From positions 1,824,001-1,888,000 of the forward strand of contig OY762897.2 in the NCBI GenBank assembly GCA_963666515.2: a stretch of DNA of 64,000 nucleotides, written 5' to 3'. The notes under the pieces are model-generated. The model saw nothing but the letters and a program-made list of their open reading frames with translations, was not told the origin of the DNA and ran no database searches. The translations under genes were made by a program, and so were the position numbers. This document shows positions 10,538 through 19,389 of the stretch, piece after piece; the first letter of the stretch is position 1; each line of letters begins with the position of its first letter. The stretch comes from Candidatus Binatia bacterium (GTDB taxonomy: Bacteria; Desulfobacterota; Binatia; UBA9968; JAJDTQ01).

Positions 10538-11581
10538 CTATGGGGCGGACCGGCCCGGTCCCAGAGCGAGCCCCCCTTCCCCGCCGGCGGCGTTGGCCGC
10601 GTCGTCCTCGGCAATCAGCCGGCGGGCGATCAGCACCAGGATCGGGACGATGTACATGTGCCCGCTGACCCACATGATGCCGCCGCCCAGGGCTTGGTCC
10701 TGGATCGGGGTCAGTTTCTCGATCATCGGGACCGCGGCATAGAACGGGTACAGCACGCGCTCGGGCAACGAGATGGCCATGCCGAGCAGCGTGTTCTGGA
10801 GCGTCGCGGCCACCAAGTAGACGATTCTCGCCCCCAGCGGGCGGGTGTGGCGGTAGAGCGGCGCCGCGTTGACGACGGGCCACCAGAAAAGCACCGCGGT
10901 GCCGAAGAACAGCCAGTGCTCCAGGTCATGGAGCCACCAGTATTCCAGCGCCGCCTGGTACAGGGCCGGGTGGTGCCAGGCCCAGAGATTCGCCACGTAG
11001 AGCGCCCAGGCCACCGGCATGAGCGTCAACGCGGACAACACGGACCGCAACAGGGCGCCCTCGCGAAACAACCCCGCGAAGCGCTCCCGGAGGCCGGCCG
11101 GGAGTCCCCAGACCACCGCCGCGAAGGGGTTGGCCAGGAGAATTGCCAGGGGTGCGATCATCAGCAGCAGGATGTGCTGCACCATGTGCATGCTGAGGTG
11201 CTCGGCGGCGAGACGGTCCACCGGCGAGACCAGGGCGGTGAAGAGCGCGGCGATGCCGGCGAGGTAGAGCGCCAGCCCGGACAGGGTGGCTGCGCCGTCC
11301 GCCTGCCGGCGCAGCCGCGACCAGCCTGTGAGATAGAGGGCCGCGGCCAGCAGCAGCACCAGCAGGATGTCCGCGCGGAAGTTCCAGGGGATCATCCCGA
11401 ACACCAGGACCAGCGCGTCGAACGGCAACGGCTCGTGCGCCGCGCCGCCGTGGGCATGGAGCGGTTGCGGCAGGGACGCCGCCGCCAGCGTCAGGCCGGC
11501 GGCCGTCCACGCAACCGGGCCCGGCGACCTCGACGCAGCCGACCCGGGATGACGCCAGGGCGTGTGCGCCCCGGGCCTCAT
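10538..11581 (-). CDS. ctaG: caa3-type cytochrome c oxidase assembly factor CtaG
   Basis: SPVDRLA...SMHMVQHILL, WAWHHPALY, HDLEHWLF, FWW, DQALGGGIMW motifs; start uncertain. Confidence 0.85.
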   Translation of the reverse strand: MRPGAHTPWRHPGSAASRSPGPVAWTAAGLTLAAASLPQPLHAHGGAAHEPLPFDALVLVFGMIPWNFRADILLVLLLAAALYLTGWSRLRRQADGAATLSGLALYLAGIAALFTALVSPVDRLAAEHLSMHMVQHILLLMIAPLAILLANPFAAVVWGLPAGLRERFAGLFREGALLRSVLSALTLMPVAWALYVANLWAWHHPALYQAALEYWWLHDLEHWLFFGTAVLFWWPVVNAAPLYRHTRPLGARIVYLVAATLQNTLLGMAISLPERVLYPFYAAVPMIEKLTPIQDQALGGGIMWVSGHMYIVPILVLIARRLIAEDDAANAAGGEGGLALGPGRSAP

Positions 11582-11943
11582 GATACCCTCCACAGGATGA
11601 ACCCCCAGGAAGGCATCAGCGCCACCGTGCCGAGGAACCAGTACACGGCGGCGGGCGCGGTCGCAGGCCGCGCCTTGAGCCATCTCACGCAGAATTCGGT
11701 GACGATCACGCCCAGGAGTCCGCCCGCGGTGGAGAGCGCGAGAAGGACCTTCATGCCCTTGTCCGGATTCTCCCCGGAGATGCCTCCCAGCAACACCATC
11801 AGGGCGATGATCCAGGCCGGCGCCGCGGCCGCCAGGCCCGCGAGCCAGTACCGCTCGGGCTTGCCGAGCCGGTCCCGGAAGCACGCCGATGCCAGCCCCC
11901 CGCCCACAACGCCGATTATTCCGACCCAGATGGATAGCGTCAC
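11578..11943 (-). CDS. Small 4-TM hypothetical membrane protein
   Basis: Four hydrophobic segments; stop overlaps the ctaG start (ATGA), suggesting translational coupling. Confidence 0.6.
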   Translation of the reverse strand: MTLSIWVGIIGVVGGGLASACFRDRLGKPERYWLAGLAAAAPAWIIALMVLLGGISGENPDKGMKVLLALSTAGGLLGVIVTEFCVRWLKARPATAPAAVYWFLGTVALMPSWGFILWRVS

Positions 11944-12107
11944 CGCCGTTGACCCTCTTCTCGCCGCGCGGGCGGGCTCGAAACCCGCCCTCCCTCATCG
12001 AAATCTAACAGCCCGGACCGTGACTTGAAAGCATGACGGCCGGGCCCCGGCCGCCGGGCCTTGCCGATCATGCCCCTCTCCGCGTAAGACAGGACGACGA
12101 GGCCGGC

Positions 12108-13361
12108 ATGCGCTTTTCCCTCACCTCTCTGTTCGACCTGGGCGAGCTTCCCGCGGATCTCCGACGCTCGCTCTGGCTCGTCTACGCCTCCAGCCTCATG
12201 GTGATCATGGGGACCAACCTGGTCCAGCAGGTGCTGCCGGCCATGACCGAACCCCTGGGCGTCACCGACGCGCGGATCGGGCTGGTGATCGCCGTCTACA
12301 CCGCGCCCGCCATCGTGCTGGCGCCGCTGCTGGGCGTCGCCGCCGACCGCTACGGCCGGAGGCCGCTGTTGATCGGCGGCCTGGTCCTGTTCGGCGCGGC
12401 CGGCGCCGCGGTAGCCGCCGCCCCGGACTTCCAATGGGTGCTGGTGTTGCGCGCCGTTCAGGGCATCGGCTTCAGCGCCGTCATCCCGCTCACCATCGTG
12501 CTCATCGGCGACCTGCTGGAGGGCCGGCGGGAGGTGTCCGGACAGGGGCTCAAGGTGTTCATCGACCGGGTGGGCGAACTCGTGCTGCCGCCCCTGGGCG
12601 GCGCCCTGGCCCTGATCGGATGGCGCTGGCCGTTCGTCACCTATGCCGTCGCCGTCCCGCTGGGGGTGCTGGTCGCCCTGTGGATGCCGGAGACCCGGGG
12701 AACGGCTGCGTTCTCCGCGGGCCAGTACTTCAAGGACCTGGCCCGGGTGGTGCGGAACCCGCGCCTGCTGCTGGCGTTCGCCGCCGGCTTCCTGCGCTTC
12801 TTCCTGGACTACGCGTTCTTCACCTACCTGCCGCTGTTCCTGGTCCGGAGCCACGGCCTGTCCACCGCGGGCGCGGGACTGCTGCGGTCCTTCCACGCCC
12901 TGGGCGCCATGGTCACGTCGAGCCAGGCGGGCCGTTTGGCAGGCGCCTGGGACAAGGGGAACCTGGTGCTGTGCGCCTTCCTCGCCAGCGGGCTCGCGCT
13001 CCTGGCCGTGGCGTTTGCGCCGGACACGGGGACCATGGTTCCGGTGCTGCTGCTTTACGGGATCGCCAACGGCGTGATCTCTCCGATGCAGAAGAGCCTG
13101 TTGACGCAGAACGCGCCCCTGGAGGTGCGGGCCGGCATCATTTCCCTGGACCGCCTGAGCCAGCAGATCGCCAAGACCGCCGGGGTCACCGGCATCGGCC
13201 TGCTGCTGGGGGTGGCGGAGATCTCCACCCTGTTCTGGATCATGGCCCTGCTGTCGTTCGTGAGCGTCGGCCTGATGGCCCCGCTGGCCTGGAGCGGGAG
13301 GGACCGGAGCGGCGGCCCTGACGCGGGGACGCCCGTTGAAGTGCGGCCGGACCCGTCGTAG
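12108..13361 (+). CDS. MFS transporter
   Basis: GVAADRYGRR motif A, LRAVQGIG, about 12 TMs. Confidence 0.85.
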   Translation: MRFSLTSLFDLGELPADLRRSLWLVYASSLMVIMGTNLVQQVLPAMTEPLGVTDARIGLVIAVYTAPAIVLAPLLGVAADRYGRRPLLIGGLVLFGAAGAAVAAAPDFQWVLVLRAVQGIGFSAVIPLTIVLIGDLLEGRREVSGQGLKVFIDRVGELVLPPLGGALALIGWRWPFVTYAVAVPLGVLVALWMPETRGTAAFSAGQYFKDLARVVRNPRLLLAFAAGFLRFFLDYAFFTYLPLFLVRSHGLSTAGAGLLRSFHALGAMVTSSQAGRLAGAWDKGNLVLCAFLASGLALLAVAFAPDTGTMVPVLLLYGIANGVISPMQKSLLTQNAPLEVRAGIISLDRLSQQIAKTAGVTGIGLLLGVAEISTLFWIMALLSFVSVGLMAPLAWSGRDRSGGPDAGTPVEVRPDPS

Positions 13362-13394
13362 ACTCACTGTCCGTCAGCCACAGGAGGAACGCCC

Positions 13395-13787
13395 ATGCCC
13401 AGGTACACCCGGGACCACATCCATCTCCGGAGCCGGGACCCCGAAGCCGCCGTTCGGTACTACCACGAGATGTTCGGCGCCGAAGTCGTCGAGACCACCC
13501 AGACCGACGGACGCCCGCGGATCGACATCGACGGCCTGACCATCTGCATCGCCCAGGCGCTGCCGGAGCAGGACCTCCCGCACGCGCCGGACCGGCGCTA
13601 CATCGGCCTCGACCACTTCGGGCTGCAGGTGGACGATCTCGACGAGGCCGCGGCGGACCTGCGGAGGCGGGGCGCCGAGTTCATCTCCGAGCCGCGGCTG
13701 CTCCGCCCCGGCTTGAAGATCGCCTTCGTGCGCGCCCCGGACGACGTCCGCATCGAGATCCTCGAAAGGAAGAACAACGCCACGTAG
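13395..13787 (+). CDS. VOC/glyoxalase family protein
   Basis: DHIHL...GLDHFGLQVDDL...AFVRAPDDVRIEILE; SD GGAGGA. Confidence 0.88.
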   Translation: MPRYTRDHIHLRSRDPEAAVRYYHEMFGAEVVETTQTDGRPRIDIDGLTICIAQALPEQDLPHAPDRRYIGLDHFGLQVDDLDEAAADLRRRGAEFISEPRLLRPGLKIAFVRAPDDVRIEILERKNNAT

Positions 13788-13814
13788 GCGTCCTTCGACT
13801 CCGCTTCGCTACGC
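13788..13814. repeat. Palindromic repeat family C (GTCCTTCGAC...GCTACGC)
   Basis: Related to 25573-25604 (opposite orientation) and 48671-48711. Confidence 0.6.
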
Positions 13815-14897
13815 CTCCCGGTACTCGGCGCCGTCGATGGGAAGCTCGGTACCGAGCCCCTTCTCCCTCGCGCGCTGGTGGAGCAGCTCGCCGATGGCCT
13901 GGTCGCCCACGCCCCAGAAGGCGTTGTTCTTGTAGAAGCTGATCTGCTCCTCCGAGGTCCGGCCCGGCACCTGCCCGGCCAGCACCTCGCCCAGGTCCCA
14001 CACGTCGTCCCAGGTGATGACCCCTTGCTGGACCGGGTCCCACAACACCCCGGGCTCGTCCAGGATCTCCTGGCGCTTGGAGTTGCAGACGATGATGTCG
14101 CAGCGCCGGAGCGTCTCGTCGTCCACCTCGCGCCGCTTCTGCTGGATGAAGCCGCCGCGCATGAGGCCGATGTTGCTGGAGACGATGGAGCACAGGTGCA
14201 CGCCGGGCTCCAGCCAGTCGCCCTCGAAGGTGGGCACGTTGGAGTTGGTCACGGAAAGCAGGATGTCCACCCCCTGAACCGCCTCGCGGTTCGTCGTCAC
14301 CGGGCGCACTTCCATGTCCAGCAGCTCGGTCATCTTGGCGGCGAACTTCGTGCGGTTCTCAGGGTTCGGGCTGTAGACCTTGGCCTCCTCGACGCCGGGA
14401 ACCACCGCCTTGGTCGCGAGCAACTGGCACTCCGCCTGCGCCCGGGAGCCGAGTACCCCCACCACCTTGGAGGTCTGGCGCGCCAGGTGCTTGATGCCCA
14501 CCGCGGTGGAGCACGCCGTCTGCACGTTGACCACGTTGTTGGCGTCGGGCAGCTCCTTGACCCGCACCTCGCCCACGGTGATGCACTTCAACTCGGCGTT
14601 GTTGCCGTCGAACATCACCCGCACCGGGCGCCCCCGGGTCTGGTAGGTCTGGATGCCGTTGTCGTGGATCATCACGTGCTCGCAGTGGGTGAGTATCCCC
14701 GTGACCCCCGCGGAATTGGGCGCCCCCTGGTGCACCGTGACACGAGCGTTGGCGACCGAGTGCACGCGGCGCCTCAGCGCGCCCAGCTCACGGTTCCGGG
14801 CCCAGTCCAGGTAGCCCCGCTCCATGGCGTCCACCGCCTCCTTCATGGTGATGAGCCCGGCCATGTCCTCCGGGCCCAGCAAGAGTACCGATGCCAT
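13809..14897 (-). CDS. Ornithine cyclodeaminase / mu-crystallin family protein
   Basis: KHLARQTSKVVGVLGSRAQA, YSPNPENR, VTNSNVP, LEPGVH, LGEVLAGQVPGRTSEEQISFYK; SD GGAGG. Confidence 0.85.
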   Translation of the reverse strand: MASVLLLGPEDMAGLITMKEAVDAMERGYLDWARNRELGALRRRVHSVANARVTVHQGAPNSAGVTGILTHCEHVMIHDNGIQTYQTRGRPVRVMFDGNNAELKCITVGEVRVKELPDANNVVNVQTACSTAVGIKHLARQTSKVVGVLGSRAQAECQLLATKAVVPGVEEAKVYSPNPENRTKFAAKMTELLDMEVRPVTTNREAVQGVDILLSVTNSNVPTFEGDWLEPGVHLCSIVSSNIGLMRGGFIQQKRREVDDETLRRCDIIVCNSKRQEILDEPGVLWDPVQQGVITWDDVWDLGEVLAGQVPGRTSEEQISFYKNNAFWGVGDQAIGELLHQRAREKGLGTELPIDGAEYREA

Positions 14898-14935
14898 TGA
14901 CAACCTCCCTGGCGTTCGTTCGTATCCCTGCGCCA

Positions 14936-16132
14936 TCAGTTGAGCGGCGCAACTCTCCGTTTCAATAGCAGATAAAGCCTTCCCGTGCTTTTCATGTACC
15001 CCGCCTGCGCTCCCGCCTCGTCCCCCGTCCCGAAATAGAGATCCACCCGCGCCGAACCCCGGATGGCGGCGCCGGTGTCCTGGTTGAGGACGAAGCGGCC
15101 GAACGGCCGCAAGCCCGCCAGCTCGCCCTGCTCGCCCACCACCGGCGTCCGGGTCTCGACGAACAGCAGCGCGCCCTTGGGGTAGACGCGGTGATCGGTG
15201 GCGGCGGAGCGTCCAGCCGTGAGCGGCACCCCAAGGCTCCCCAACGGCCCCTTCTCTCCCAGCCGGAAGAAGATGTAGCGCTCGTTGCGCGCGAACAGCG
15301 CCTCGCGCTCGCCCGGAAACTCCGCGAGCCAGGCGCGGATCCGCTGCATCGACATGGTCTCCCGGTCGAGCTTGCCCTGGTCGATGAGGACCTTGCCGAT
15401 GCTGGTGTAGCGCCGGCCGTTGTGGGCCGCGTAGTTCAGCGGCACCTCCCGCCCGTCGGTCATCCGCAGCAGTCCCGATCCCTGGACGTGGAGAAAGAAA
15501 CGGTCCACCGGATCCCGCAACCACGCGATCTCGTAACCCCTGCCCCTGAGGCTGTCCAGGACGTCGATGTCACGGCGGGAATACCCGGCGGCCTTCCTGG
15601 CCCGGCCGCGCAACTCGTCGGGCTCGCGATACACGGGATAGCGGTAGTCCGCGGTTTCCACCGGGCTGGCGTCGATCACCGGCTGGTAGTAGCCGGTGAA
15701 CAGCACGTCGTCCAACGCCGCGCTCCTCGGCGCGGGAAAGAAATCGAACCGCTCCGCCACCCGACGCGGCCAGCTCCCGTCCGGCTCCGGCGGCTCGTCC
15801 AGGAGCGCCAGGAACTCGGTGAGGGAGGCCCGGACGTCTGCCGCCGTCACCCTTCGGGGCCACTTGCCCAGGAGCCGGCCGCCGGGAACGGCGTCGAGGA
15901 ACCTCAGGCTCTCCGCCACCGCCGCCCGCAACGACTTGATCTCCAGGTCGTCACGAACCTCGCCGGGCGGTTCGGGATGTGTGTACGGCGCGGACGGCGC
16001 CGGCGGCTGCACCGGCTGGCAAGCGCCGAGCAGCGCCACAGCAAACGCTGCGACCAGCACGCGCCACCGCGGCCGGCCACGCGCGTGCCCGCGTGGAACG
16101 GCGGTCGTAAGTGAACGGAAACGGACCGGCAT
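14936..16132 (-). CDS. mltA: Membrane-bound lytic murein transglycosylase A (lipoprotein)
   Basis: LLGAC lipobox, FTGYYQP, FFLHVQGSG, NERYIFF, QDTGAAIRG..RVDLYFGTG (3D domain). Confidence 0.9.
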   Translation of the reverse strand: MPVRFRSLTTAVPRGHARGRPRWRVLVAAFAVALLGACQPVQPPAPSAPYTHPEPPGEVRDDLEIKSLRAAVAESLRFLDAVPGGRLLGKWPRRVTAADVRASLTEFLALLDEPPEPDGSWPRRVAERFDFFPAPRSAALDDVLFTGYYQPVIDASPVETADYRYPVYREPDELRGRARKAAGYSRRDIDVLDSLRGRGYEIAWLRDPVDRFFLHVQGSGLLRMTDGREVPLNYAAHNGRRYTSIGKVLIDQGKLDRETMSMQRIRAWLAEFPGEREALFARNERYIFFRLGEKGPLGSLGVPLTAGRSAATDHRVYPKGALLFVETRTPVVGEQGELAGLRPFGRFVLNQDTGAAIRGSARVDLYFGTGDEAGAQAGYMKSTGRLYLLLKRRVAPLN

Positions 16133-16180
16133 ACGGTCAAGACGAGTCCCGGCCTGCACCACGCGGCCGGGTACGAGCCG

Positions 16181-17269
16181 CTAATCCCTGATGTCCTGGG
16201 TGAACCACTCGGTGGGCAGCTCGCGGCCCATCCCCTTCTCTTTGGCCATCTGGTAAACCCGGCCGGCGCAGGCCGCGAACTGGAGCCCCTGGGTGCCGGC
16301 GTTGATGAAGAAGGTGGTCTGGTCGGGGCTCGTGCGGCCCGGCTTGCGGCCGGCCTTCACGTCCATGAAATAGTGGAAGTAGTCGCCGGAATAGGCGTCC
16401 TGCGAGGGGTTCGGGATGCGCGCGATCTCCTCGGGCTGTCCGGCCACGTAGCCCACGTTCCCGTGGAGCCGCACCATGCCCTCGTCCATGGTCAGCACGG
16501 TGTTCCGCCCGAGCATGACGGAGACGTCGCAGGCCTCCACCGCGCGAGGGCCGATCTCGCAGGAACGCACGCAGGTGATGTGGGCGCCGGGCTTGAGCCA
16601 CTCGGGGTTGTCGAACACCACGCGGGTGGAGTCCGTGCAGGCGGAGACGATGTCGGCGCCGCGCACCACGTCCTCGGGAGAGTCCACCGCCGTCACCTTG
16701 AGGCCCAGGGTCTCGCTCATCTCCGCGGCGTAGGCCTCGCGGTTGGCTTTGGTGGGGCTGTACGCCCTTACTTCCTCGATGTTCCGCACCTCGTTGAACG
16801 CCATGAGATAGGTCCGCGCCATGCCCCCGGAGCCGAACATGCCCACCACCGAGGCATCCTCCCGCGCCAGCTCCTTGGCGCCCAGCCCGGCGCAGCCCCC
16901 TACCCGCATGTGCTGGAGCACGCCGTCGTTGATGATGGCCAGGGGCTCGCCGTTGGCGACGCTGAACACCATGATGAGCCCGCAGTAGTTGCCGGGCTCC
17001 ATGCAGTACTTCTCCTCGGTGCCGCCCTCGGGCCAGTGGACCACGTCCGACTTCATGCGGATGGCGAACGTGCCGATGGTGCGGCTGGCCCCTTCCATGG
17101 TGCCCCAGCGGTAGTAGCCGTCCGGACGCCCGCAGGGAAACCATACGTCGAGCCGCGGCCGGTACACCGCGTCGTTGCGGGCGAGATCCTCATAGCCCGT
17201 CTCCAGCGCGTCGAGACAGGCCTTCATGTCCATCAGCTCTTCCACTTCCTGGTTGTTGATGAGCAGCAT
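16181..17269 (-). CDS. Ornithine cyclodeaminase / mu-crystallin family protein
   Basis: LQHMRVG, GMFGSGGMA, YSPTKANRE, LKPGAHI, GLQFAA; close paralog of 57625-58722. Confidence 0.85.
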   Translation of the reverse strand: MLLINNQEVEELMDMKACLDALETGYEDLARNDAVYRPRLDVWFPCGRPDGYYRWGTMEGASRTIGTFAIRMKSDVVHWPEGGTEEKYCMEPGNYCGLIMVFSVANGEPLAIINDGVLQHMRVGGCAGLGAKELAREDASVVGMFGSGGMARTYLMAFNEVRNIEEVRAYSPTKANREAYAAEMSETLGLKVTAVDSPEDVVRGADIVSACTDSTRVVFDNPEWLKPGAHITCVRSCEIGPRAVEACDVSVMLGRNTVLTMDEGMVRLHGNVGYVAGQPEEIARIPNPSQDAYSGDYFHYFMDVKAGRKPGRTSPDQTTFFINAGTQGLQFAACAGRVYQMAKEKGMGRELPTEWFTQDIRD

Positions 17270-17374
17270 GCGTGTTCCTTTCAGTCGATGAATCAGGGCG
17301 GGCCTCAAGTTCCTATACGATGAAGCCCTCTTTGAAAAGCGCCGCCGGGCCTTTGCGGAGCGCCCGGCGGGGGG

Positions 17375-17803
17375 TCAAACGTCGGGTGTCACGTCGAACC
17401 CGAGCGCAATGCCGTTTCCGCGGACACGGTCGTCCAGCGACAGCAGGGAAAGCTCCGCCACGAGGCTGCGGGCCAGCAACGCCGTCGACAGGTGAATGGC
17501 GTCGAGGGACCGTACGGGTTCCCGAGGAAACGCCCGCCGCGAGCGCGCCACGACTTCGCTGTCGATGGAAAGCACCACCCAATGGTCCGCGGCCGCATCC
17601 AGGAGCGCCCGCCGTCTGGCTGCCTCGGCCTCGCCATCGTCTCCCAGAGCCGCCGCCCGCAAGAGGACGCGATCGCATTCGATCAACGTCAGTTCAGACG
17701 TGAGAACGAGGTCCGCGGCGGCGATTTCCCGTCTGGTCCGTCCGCCGCGGTCCTCTCCGAGCAACCACGCCAGGACGGCGCTGGACTCGGCATAGAGGTT
17801 CAC
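17375..17803 (-). CDS. vapC: VapC PIN-domain toxin
   Basis: LYAESSAVL, SELTLIE, RSLDAIHLSTA, SLDDR; GTG start overlaps the antitoxin stop. Confidence 0.8.
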   Translation of the reverse strand: MNLYAESSAVLAWLLGEDRGGRTRREIAAADLVLTSELTLIECDRVLLRAAALGDDGEAEAARRRALLDAAADHWVVLSIDSEVVARSRRAFPREPVRSLDAIHLSTALLARSLVAELSLLSLDDRVRGNGIALGFDVTPDV

Positions 17804-18090
17804 TTCTCTCCCCGGGTCTCGTCCAGCAGCCGCTTGCCCGAACCCGGCGGCAGGAACGGCTTCACGGATGGATACAGGACATCCCGGTTGGGAGCACCGA
17901 TGCGCGCCCGGCCCGCCCGCGCATGGCGCACGAGACCCGGGTAGGCGGCGGTTCCCGGTACGTTCACCGGCTGGCGCAACTCGGCCACAACCTCACCCCT
18001 ATCCGTGACCAGAATCTCCTCGCCGCCGCGAACCATCTGGAGATGCTCGCTCAAGCGGTTCTTCAGTTCGCGAATTCCAACCGTTCTCAT
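17800..18090 (-). CDS. Phd/YefM family antitoxin
   Basis: MRTVGIRELKNRLSEHL..V..GEEILVTDRGEVVAEL; GTAGC repeats immediately upstream (likely operator). Confidence 0.88.
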   Translation of the reverse strand: MRTVGIRELKNRLSEHLQMVRGGEEILVTDRGEVVAELRQPVNVPGTAAYPGLVRHARAGRARIGAPNRDVLYPSVKPFLPPGSGKRLLDETRGEK

Positions 18091-18208
18091 GAAACCTATG
18101 TAGCCTCACGTAGCTACAAGCGCAAGAGCCGATGCGCTGACGGTGGGTTTTCATCGCTCGTGTATCGTGCCACGGTGTAGAAGATTGTCGCCCGCGGAGC
18201 ATGGACCC

Positions 18209-19321
18209 ATGGACGCCGACATCCTCGCCAAGCAGAAAACCGCCATGGAGCAGCAGGGCCTCGACGCCCTCGTCGCCGGCTCGCCTGAGAACTTGGCTTA
18301 CACCACGGGCTTCGTGGTGCCGTCCCAGCTCCTCATGCGCTGGCGCCACGCCATGTGCATCGTCGAGCGGTCCGGCCGCACGACCATGGTGGCCATCGAC
18401 ATGGAGGAGACCACGGTCAAGGCCCACGCCTCCTTCGACGACATCCGGGTATACCGGGAGTTCACGGACGATCCCATGCGGGAGGTGGCCGCGGCCCTGG
18501 AGGACCGGGGCCTGGCCGGGGCCAGAGTCGGCGTGGAGATGGACTATCTTCCGGCCGGCGACTTCGCGACCCTCCGGGGTCTGCTGCCCAAGACCGACTT
18601 CGTGGCCGCCGACGATATCTTCGGCAGGCTCCGGCAGGTCAAGACCGCGCGGGAGATCGAGCTGCTGCGCTCCCTGAGCCGAATCACCGACTCGGCCATC
18701 GGCGGGACCCTGACGCACGCCCGCCCGGGCATGACCGAACTGGAGATGGCGGGCGAGCTGACCGGGCGGATTTTCGCCGGCGGAGCACAGCACTTCAAGC
18801 TCATGATCATCGCCTCCGGCGAGCGCAGCCAGTTCCCCAACGTCGGTCCCACGGACCGGACGCTCCGGCAAGGCGACCTGATCCGCATGGAGATATTCGG
18901 CGTCCTGGACGGCTACCACGCCGGGGTCTGCCGCACCGCGGTGGTGGGCGAGCCGACCGCGGAGCAGGCGCGCATCTGGGACAACCTGATCGAGTGCAAG
19001 CACTTGGTCATGGACCTCATCAAGCCCGGCGCCCACGCCAAGGAAGTGTACCGCCGGTTCCTGGAGAAGTTCGACGAGCTGGGCCTGGAGCCCATCAGCT
19101 TCGTGGGGCACGGCATCGGCGTGTTCCTGCACGAGGAGCCCTACCTGGGGCGGTACGGCGAGGAGGTGCTGGAGGAAGGCATGGTGGTGGCCATCGAGCC
19201 GCTGGTCTACATCCCCGGCCGCATGGGGCTTCAGAACAAGGACATGCTGCTGGTGACCCGGGACGGCTGCGAGCTGCTGTCGGACGCCACCGACACGGAC
19301 AAGCTGATCCGTATCGGTTAG
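18209..19321 (+). CDS. M24 (creatinase / Xaa-Pro peptidase fold) hydrolase
   Basis: Creatinase_N (LDALV..SPENLAYTTGF), LRQVKT.REI, GHGIG, HEEP, AIEP; several metal ligands altered. Confidence 0.85.
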   Translation: MDADILAKQKTAMEQQGLDALVAGSPENLAYTTGFVVPSQLLMRWRHAMCIVERSGRTTMVAIDMEETTVKAHASFDDIRVYREFTDDPMREVAAALEDRGLAGARVGVEMDYLPAGDFATLRGLLPKTDFVAADDIFGRLRQVKTAREIELLRSLSRITDSAIGGTLTHARPGMTELEMAGELTGRIFAGGAQHFKLMIIASGERSQFPNVGPTDRTLRQGDLIRMEIFGVLDGYHAGVCRTAVVGEPTAEQARIWDNLIECKHLVMDLIKPGAHAKEVYRRFLEKFDELGLEPISFVGHGIGVFLHEEPYLGRYGEEVLEEGMVVAIEPLVYIPGRMGLQNKDMLLVTRDGCELLSDATDTDKLIRIG

Positions 19322-19389
19322 CCGCCCCTGCCCCCTAAACAACGGCACGAGACAACGGCACGAGACGACTCTCACCCTTCGGAGCGAAG

